DNA from: a virus
Taxonomy: Duplodnaviria; Heunggongvirae; Uroviricota; Caudoviricetes
DNA length: 4,000 nucleotides
IMG/VR virus record: IMGVR_UViG_2711768018_000015
Strand: one strand, 5' to 3'
Positions 1-4,000 of the stretch are shown in pieces. Made by a program: the position numbers and the translations under genes. The notes beneath the pieces are model-generated. The model was not told the origin of the DNA and did no database searches. It saw only the letters and a program-made list of their open reading frames with translations. Positions within the stretch are counted from its first letter, which is position 1, and every line of letters begins with the position of its first letter.

Positions 1-65
1 ACGAAAGTATTTAGCGGGCATGAAAATGGCAAATAACGGTCAAACATCGTGGCGTTGACAAAAAA

Positions 66-113
66 GCGATCTTTTCCTGTGTGGTACGCCGTCTGCGTTT
101 CTCCGGCCCTAAG
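66..113 (-). mobile_element. Possible 48-nt fragment identical to the 5' part of IS2 orfA (insC), antisense to ORF1; recollection-based and unverified
   Basis: Translating the minus strand over 66-113 gives [16 protein letters not shown], matching residues 5-20 of IS2 InsC ([26 protein letters not shown]...) as I remember it. The flanks diverge immediately on both sides (ISCA instead of MIDV upstream; FLSTPR instead of IVQQSF downstream). There is no start codon and no IS end. Confidence 0.3.
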
Positions 114-122
114 GCGCAGGAA

Positions 123-323
123 ATGCTGCGTCATGCTGAACAACTCGAAAAAACGGGCATAACAAAAGACGCTATCCGTAAAGATATGGTACCCGCGCTT
201 CGGGAACTGATGCAGGCGAAGCATCGCGCACAGAAAGCAGTAGATGAGCTGGTGGACTGTGTGGCAGAGCTGGAAACCAGAGTCGGAAAGTTTGAAAAAC
301 TGGTGCAGGAGGTGCTGCGCTGA
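123..323 (+). CDS. Hypothetical small phage protein (66 aa from ATG 123; alternative GTG start at 81 gives 80 aa), predicted helical and charged
   Basis: Open frame 81-323 begins after an in-frame TGA at 21-23. ATG 123 has AAGG 8 nt upstream, while GTG 81 has no SD. The stop TGA (321-323) overlaps the rusA ATG (323-325), and AGGAGG at 308-313 inside this ORF serves as the rusA RBS. No family recognised. Confidence 0.45.
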   Translation: MLRHAEQLEKTGITKDAIRKDMVPALRELMQAKHRAQKAVDELVDCVAELETRVGKFEKLVQEVLR

Positions 324-697
324 TGCGCCATGAGTTTATTTTACCTTATCCGCCGACGGTGAATACTTACTGGCGACGTCGTGACAACACATATTTTGTA
401 TCAAAAGCCGGTGAGCGTTATCGCCGGGATGTGGCGCTTATTGTCCGTCAGCAGCGACTGAAATTAAGCCTGTCCGGAAGACTGGCGATAAAGATTATTG
501 CAGAGCCACCGGATAAGCGCCGTCGTGACCTGGACAATATCCTGAAAGCACCACTGGATGCACTGACACATGCGGGAGTGTTAATGGACGATGAGCAGTT
601 TGATGAAATCAATATCGTTCGTGGTCAGCCAGTATCTGGTGGACGTCTGGGGGTGAAGATTTACCCCATAATGCATGAAGAGCAGGTCAAAAAATGA
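323..697 (+). CDS. rusA: Crossover junction endodeoxyribonuclease RusA (Holliday-junction resolvase), lambdoid prophage type
   Basis: The 124-aa product has the acidic motif ...PPDKRRRDLDNILKAPLDALTHAGVLMDDEQF..., which closely resembles E. coli DLP12 RusA (…DRRRRDLDN…DAL…DD…) as I recall it. Strong SD AGGAGG lies 9 nt upstream. The position immediately upstream of a Q-like gene is typical of lambdoid nin regions. Confidence 0.9.
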   Translation: MRHEFILPYPPTVNTYWRRRDNTYFVSKAGERYRRDVALIVRQQRLKLSLSGRLAIKIIAEPPDKRRRDLDNILKAPLDALTHAGVLMDDEQFDEINIVRGQPVSGGRLGVKIYPIMHEEQVKK

Positions 698-1548
698 AAC
701 TGGAAGATTTACCGAAATACTACTCCCCAAAATCCCCTTGCCTGACCGATGCATCGGCCTCAACGTCAAAAGATGCGCTGAGTATCACTGATGTGATGGC
801 CGCGCAGGGCATGACACAGAATCGGGCTGAGATGGGGTTTTCTGCGTTCCTGGGGAAAATGGGCATCAGTATGAATGACAGGGCGCGGGCAACAGAATTA
901 CTGGCAGATTATGCACTCAGTCGGTGCGATCGTGTGGCGGCGTTGAGAAAACTTCCGGCAGAAATAAAACCGGTAGTGATGCGCATTATGGCTTCGTACG
1001 CTTTTGAGGATTATGCCCGCAGCGCAGCGAGTAAAAAGCAGTGCCCTTGTTGCTATGGGGAAAAATTTATTGAAAGCGTAGTTTTTACAAACAAGGTCCA
1101 GTATCCGGATGGTAAGCCGCCGGTATGGGCAAAGTGTACGAAAGGTGTGTATCCGTCTTACTGGGAAGAATGGAAAAAAGTCAGGGAGGTGGTAAAAGTT
1201 GCCTGTCCGGAGTGTGGCGGAAAGGGTGAGGTTTCCACCGCCTGTAAGGATTGCCGTGGGCGTGGTGTCGCCATTCATCGTGAAGAGTCGGTAAAACGTG
1301 GTATGCCTGTTATCAGAGACTGCCAGCGTTGTGGTGGTCGTGGCTATGAAAGACTACCATCAACGGAGGCATTTAATGCTATATGCGAGGTGACAAACCA
1401 GATAACACGCGCGTCATGGGAAAAAACAGTTAAGAAATTCTATGATGCGCTGGTGACTCGGTTTGATATTGAAGAAGCATGGGCTGAGCGGCAGTTAAAA
1501 AAGGTAACTAGGTTGATTTTTCCGGAATCTGTGGTAAATTCGTCATAA
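694..1548 (+). CDS. Putative late-gene antiterminator (Q-like) with cysteine-rich DnaJ-type zinc-finger repeats
   Basis: 284-aa ORF whose start overlaps the rusA stop by 4 nt (ATGA at 694-697). It contains three canonical CxxCxGxG motifs (CPECGGKG, CKDCRGRG, CQRCGGRG) and one degenerate copy (CPCCYGEK). The functional call rests on synteny (rusA, this gene, candidate promoter, tRNA) and on recollection that large zinc-finger Q-type antiterminators exist in E. coli prophages; it is not verified. Confidence 0.6.
   Translation: MKLEDLPKYYSPKSPCLTDASASTSKDALSITDVMAAQGMTQNRAEMGFSAFLGKMGISMNDRARATELLADYALSRCDRVAALRKLPAEIKPVVMRIMASYAFEDYARSAASKKQCPCCYGEKFIESVVFTNKVQYPDGKPPVWAKCTKGVYPSYWEEWKKVREVVKVACPECGGKGEVSTACKDCRGRGVAIHREESVKRGMPVIRDCQRCGGRGYERLPSTEAFNAICEVTNQITRASWEKTVKKFYDALVTRFDIEEAWAERQLKKVTRLIFPESVVNSS
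1513..1541 (+). promoter_or_regulatory. Candidate sigma70 late promoter (PR'-like) overlapping the 3' end of the Q-like gene
   Basis: -35 TTGATT (1513-1518), 16-nt spacer, extended -10 TGgTAAATT (TG at 1532-1533, hexamer 1535-1540). The predicted start is near 1547, at the Q stop codon. In lambdoid phages PR' and its Q-utilisation site lie directly downstream of Q. Most of the transcribed region is N-masked. Confidence 0.35.
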
Positions 1549-1588
1549 CTATGGGCGTTTTATGCCTGACGTTAGAAGAGTTTCTACA

Positions 1589-2203
1589 NNNNNNNNNNNN
1601 NNNNNNNNNNNNNNNNNNNNNNNNNNNNNNNNNNNNNNNNNNNNNNNNNNNNNNNNNNNNNNNNNNNNNNNNNNNNNNNNNNNNNNNNNNNNNNNNNNNN
1701 NNNNNNNNNNNNNNNNNNNNNNNNNNNNNNNNNNNNNNNNNNNNNNNNNNNNNNNNNNNNNNNNNNNNNNNNNNNNNNNNNNNNNNNNNNNNNNNNNNNN
1801 NNNNNNNNNNNNNNNNNNNNNNNNNNNNNNNNNNNNNNNNNNNNNNNNNNNNNNNNNNNNNNNNNNNNNNNNNNNNNNNNNNNNNNNNNNNNNNNNNNNN
1901 NNNNNNNNNNNNNNNNNNNNNNNNNNNNNNNNNNNNNNNNNNNNNNNNNNNNNNNNNNNNNNNNNNNNNNNNNNNNNNNNNNNNNNNNNNNNNNNNNNNN
2001 NNNNNNNNNNNNNNNNNNNNNNNNNNNNNNNNNNNNNNNNNNNNNNNNNNNNNNNNNNNNNNNNNNNNNNNNNNNNNNNNNNNNNNNNNNNNNNNNNNNN
2101 NNNNNNNNNNNNNNNNNNNNNNNNNNNNNNNNNNNNNNNNNNNNNNNNNNNNNNNNNNNNNNNNNNNNNNNNNNNNNNNNNNNNNNNNNNNNNNNNNNNN
2201 NNN
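1589..2203. other. Run of 615 N (masked or unsequenced bases); no content can be called
   Basis: Contiguous n characters. ORF-track entries spanning this block are translations of N (X runs) and are artefacts. By lambdoid synteny the block probably hides the pause/qut region, a tR'-like terminator and further tRNA genes, but this is inference only. Confidence 0.95.
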
Positions 2204-2255
2204 CAATTGCCTTCTAAGCAATCGGTCACTGGTTCGAATCCAGTACAGCGCGCCA
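2179..2255 (+). tRNA. tRNA-Arg (anticodon UCU), 5' portion masked; visible part is 2204-2255
   Basis: Seen directly: anticodon stem ATTGC/GCAAT (2206-2210 / 2218-2222) around the 7-nt loop CTTCTAA (2211-2217; U33, anticodon TCT, A37). A 5-nt variable loop CGGTC follows. The T-arm is ACTGG-TTCGAAT-CCAGT (2228-2244), then acceptor 3' strand ACAGCGC, discriminator G and CCA (2253-2255). The start at 2179-2180 is back-calculated from standard tRNA numbering. Confidence 0.8.
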
Positions 2256-2392
2256 TATTCATTCTTCCAGATTCCTTCCGGCAGAGCCTTATACTGAAAT
2301 ATACCTGGCTCAGGATATTGTTGAAAATATTTTATGTTTGTCAAAAATAAAAGTTCTGTTAAGTATTGATTGAGTGTTTGTTATACGGTCTA

Positions 2393-2719
2393 ATGGTTTT
2401 TTCAGCATTAAATATTTATCATTCATATGGTGTGGGTAGAGTGAATATTGATGAGGCGTCGGGGTGTTTCATCCTTAGGCAGCGTATTGATATAGTCAAT
2501 GCAGCACGAGCAAAGGCCTTCAGCCGTTTGACAGTTTTGTTCTGTACTCCTGATCGTCTTTCGGGAAGAGACGTTATTATTCTGAATAGTGATGCTATAC
2601 AGAGGGTTTGCGATGAGTTCATGGTTGCTAATTCAGAATTATTTGCTCTTGTTCAGGAGTACAACAGAATAGCCAGGACCTGTGGTATGGATGAACTTCG
2701 GATTACTCATCTGGGGTAG
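2393..2719 (+). CDS. Hypothetical cargo protein (orphan ORF A, about 92-108 aa depending on start), rich in rare codons
   Basis: Open frame 2366-2719. Possible starts are ATG 2393 (no SD) and GTG 2441 (weak GGTG/GGG upstream); none is strong. Of 11 Arg codons, 6 are AGA/AGG; of 10 Ile codons, 3 are ATA. The composition is protein-like. It lies 110-185 nt downstream of tRNA-Arg(UCU), in the position stxA occupies in Stx phages. No homolog recognised. Confidence 0.4.
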   Translation: MVFSALNIYHSYGVGRVNIDEASGCFILRQRIDIVNAARAKAFSRLTVLFCTPDRLSGRDVIILNSDAIQRVCDEFMVANSELFALVQEYNRIARTCGMDELRITHLG

Positions 2720-2822
2720 ATACATATCTGGATTATCACCTGTTACGGTAAAAAGTGATTGCTTACTGTTTTTGTGAATGGCATTGCAGCAGCCGGATAA
2801 TGTCAGTGCTGGCTGACGGTGT

Positions 2823-2830
2823 GCTGGTGG
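2823..2830 (+). other. Chi recombination hotspot octamer 5'-GCTGGTGG-3'
   Basis: Exact match to the E. coli Chi sequence on the + strand, inside a GT-rich stretch (2806-2850). Confidence 0.6.
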
Positions 2831-3110
2831 CGGGTGTGGTGGTTGTTGCTTTCCCGTTGCTGAAAAAGAAAACGCCAGACTGTTAGCCGGGTATCAGTTA
2901 GCGGGAGAAATTTTTAAATACTTCACAATTCAGGCGGTTGACTGTTGTCTGGTTTGCGGGGAGTTTGTTAAAAGAAACTGGCATGGTGAATCCCCCTGTG
3001 CGGAGGGGCAATCAGCGAGTAGGTATATGGGATAATCGCGGATTCAGGTGCTGGTACTGAATTCACCGGGAGGCACCCGGCACCATGCAATGGCACATAG
3101 CGCCACTCTC

Positions 3111-3140
3111 CAGCCCCTCTCCGGAGGGGCTGTTTATATT
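3111..3140 (+). terminator. Rho-independent terminator (9-bp perfect GC-rich stem, 4-nt loop, T-rich tail)
   Basis: CAGCCCCTC (3111-3119), loop TCCG (3120-3123), GAGGGGCTG (3124-3132), then TTTATATT (3133-3140). It sits tail-to-tail between the two convergent cargo ORFs. The U-tract is on the + strand only, so it is mainly a + strand terminator. Confidence 0.65.
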
Positions 3141-3166
3141 GATTTTGTCAGATGTGAGTAAACTCC

Positions 3167-3502
3167 TTATGGACTTTGTTGTTTTAGTCCATAAGGACAT
3201 ATTTGCAGAGTGCAACGGTTATTAAAGCATTCATTCAATACGTTATCTGTATTTGTAGGGCATTCCTGGCTATTTTTGATTGAATTCCAGAATGTTTTAT
3301 TGAATGGTACTACGTTGTAAATGGTTACAGGTAGCACTTTGTTATTGAGCATGATGCCTGTGTGAGTCAGTGTAAATATACTTTCAGGAGGTAAGAAAGC
3401 ATCCGATTGATACCAGATTATTAATTTTATTTTACTCCATATGACTGAAAAAGATATTCCGCATGATGGCTGGATAACTGTATCAATCACAATCCACTTC
3501 AT
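3167..3502 (-). CDS. Hypothetical AT-rich cargo protein (orphan ORF B, 111 aa) with a C-terminal Cys-x9-Cys-x4-Cys-x4-Cys cluster
   Basis: ATG at 3500-3502 (minus strand) is preceded by AAGGAA with a 6-nt spacer, a good RBS. Of 13 Ile codons, 6 are ATA, and GC content is low (I did not compute the exact value). The sequence has no obvious signal peptide. The C-terminus reads ...[27 protein letters not shown].... No homolog recognised. Confidence 0.5.
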   Translation of the reverse strand: MKWIVIDTVIQPSCGISFSVIWSKIKLIIWYQSDAFLPPESIFTLTHTGIMLNNKVLPVTIYNVVPFNKTFWNSIKNSQECPTNTDNVLNECFNNRCTLQICPYGLKQQSP

Positions 3503-3597
3503 TTAGTTTCCTTGTTTATGCCTTGCTGGTGATGTTCTGAAAAGTATAAATGATATTTTTGAATGTAAACCATAGAGCAGAATTATTTTTCTGATGT

Positions 3598-3611
3598 TGT
3601 TTATTGTTTAT
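3598..3611. repeat. Tandem direct repeat TGTTTAT x2 within an AT-rich divergent intergenic region
   Basis: TGTTTAT at 3598-3604 and 3605-3611. Further GTTTAT copies occur at about 3514, 3626 and 3645. The significance is unknown and may simply reflect AT-richness. Confidence 0.3.
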
Positions 3612-3762
3612 TTAAATGCAGGGTGGTTTATATCTCGTCTTGTAGTTTATCCATGCATATCTGCTTGATAATCAGGTTTTTATTTAAGGTATGGTTTTGT
3701 GTTTTTTCTGTATTACATGTCAGGTATTTTAAAGAATTATTTTTCAGATGGTGGAAAGAACC

Positions 3763-3936
3763 ATGGCATTTAAACACTATGATGTTGTCAGGGCGGCGCC
3801 GCCGTCAGATCTTGCGGAAAAGCTGACACATAAACTGAAAGAGGGCTGGCAGCCGTTTGGTAGTCCGGTGGCCATAACCCCTTATACCCTGAGGTGTACT
3901 GGCAATAGCGGACACTACCATTTGTTCTTTTTTTAA
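3763..3936 (+). CDS. Small conserved phage protein, DUF1737-like by recollection (57 aa from ATG 3763; alternative ATG 3748)
   Basis: Product MAFKHYDVVRAAPPSDLAEKLTHKLKEGWQPFGSPVAITPYTL... resembles my memory of small proteins found upstream of lysis cassettes in E. coli prophages. ATG 3763 has a GGTGGAAAG SD-like element upstream; ATG 3748 has none. The C-terminal tail ...RCTGNSGHYHLFFF looks atypical. Confidence 0.5.
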   Translation: MAFKHYDVVRAAPPSDLAEKLTHKLKEGWQPFGSPVAITPYTLRCTGNSGHYHLFFF

Positions 3937-4000
3937 GCAGCCATCTGATGATATTTTTCCCTGAAGGCTGCCGGGGAGATATTCCCCAGACGAGAGTGAC

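Noticed and set aside
55-83. Perfect -35 hexamer TTGACA (55-60) upstream of ORF1
   Set aside because: No acceptable -10 at 16-18 nt spacing (TGTGTG / CTGTGT), so I do not call a promoter, although an unusual one cannot be excluded.
131-331. Minus-strand ORF of 66 aa, antisense to ORF1 and the rusA start
   Set aside because: Low-complexity Ser/Thr/Cys-rich translation, no RBS, and fully overlapped by a better-supported sense gene and the rusA RBS. It is a shadow ORF.
581-769. Minus-strand ORF of 62 aa across the rusA/Q junction
   Set aside because: Antisense to two translationally coupled genes with strong identity; no independent support.
898-1278. Minus-strand ORF of 126 aa inside the Q-like gene
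   Set aside because: Antisense shadow of the cysteine-repeat region; composition is unlike a real protein and there is no RBS.
1508-2350. Four ORF-track entries (1508-2344 -, 1549-2262 -, 1551-2297 +, 1562-2350 +) spanning the N block
   Set aside because: They are open only because N translates to X. The real sequence is unknown, and the right-hand end is occupied by a tRNA.
2419-2622. Minus-strand ORF of 67 aa overlapping ORF A
   Set aside because: Less protein-like than the plus-strand frame, and minus-strand orientation would oppose the tRNA and late-transcript direction. Kept only as an alternative if ORF A proves non-coding.
2366-2719. Possibility that ORF A is a Shiga-toxin A-subunit remnant, given the stx-like position
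   Set aside because: Its translation shows no resemblance to Stx1A or Stx2A as I recall them, and it is far too short. Only the genomic position is analogous.
2983-3060. Plus-strand 25-codon frame (MVNPPVRRGNQRVGIWDNRGFRCWY)
   Set aside because: No RBS, and it overlaps predicted hairpins; probably a chance frame in a GC-rich spacer.
3085-3225. Plus-strand 46-codon frame starting at ATG 3085, with GGGAGG 11 nt upstream
   Set aside because: It reads straight through the terminator hairpin and T-tract, the SD spacing is long, and it is more likely structured non-coding RNA.
3623-3826. Plus-strand ORF of 67 aa (MVYISSCSLSMHICLIIRFLF...)
   Set aside because: Lies mostly in the AT-rich intergenic or promoter region, has a low-complexity hydrophobic translation, and is out of frame with and overlapping the better-supported DUF1737-like start.
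1-4000. CRISPR arrays, rRNA, integrase or att sites
   Set aside because: No regularly spaced direct repeats, no rRNA-like sequence and no recombinase ORF are visible in this window.

Overview
This window looks like the late-regulatory junction of a lambdoid prophage from an E. coli-like enterobacterium. Reading left to right: a small ORF, rusA (Holliday-junction resolvase), and a 284-aa Q-like putative antiterminator carrying DnaJ-type CxxCxGxG zinc-finger repeats, the three genes joined by overlapping stop/start codons. A candidate late promoter sits at the 3' end of the Q-like gene. A 615-nt run of N (1589-2203) follows; its right edge exposes the 3' two-thirds of a tRNA-Arg(UCU). The most interesting part is the ~1.5 kb cargo ('moron') region at 2256-3747, the position where Stx phages carry stxAB. 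It holds two convergent orphan ORFs, both strongly enriched in rare AGA/AGG/ATA codons, separated by a GC-rich hairpin-dense spacer that contains a Chi octamer and ends in a strong intrinsic terminator. I could not assign either ORF to a known family from memory, so this is the candidate undescribed cargo; its function is unknown. A small phage ORF (DUF1737-like by recollection only) closes the window. All homology statements are from memory; no searches were run.
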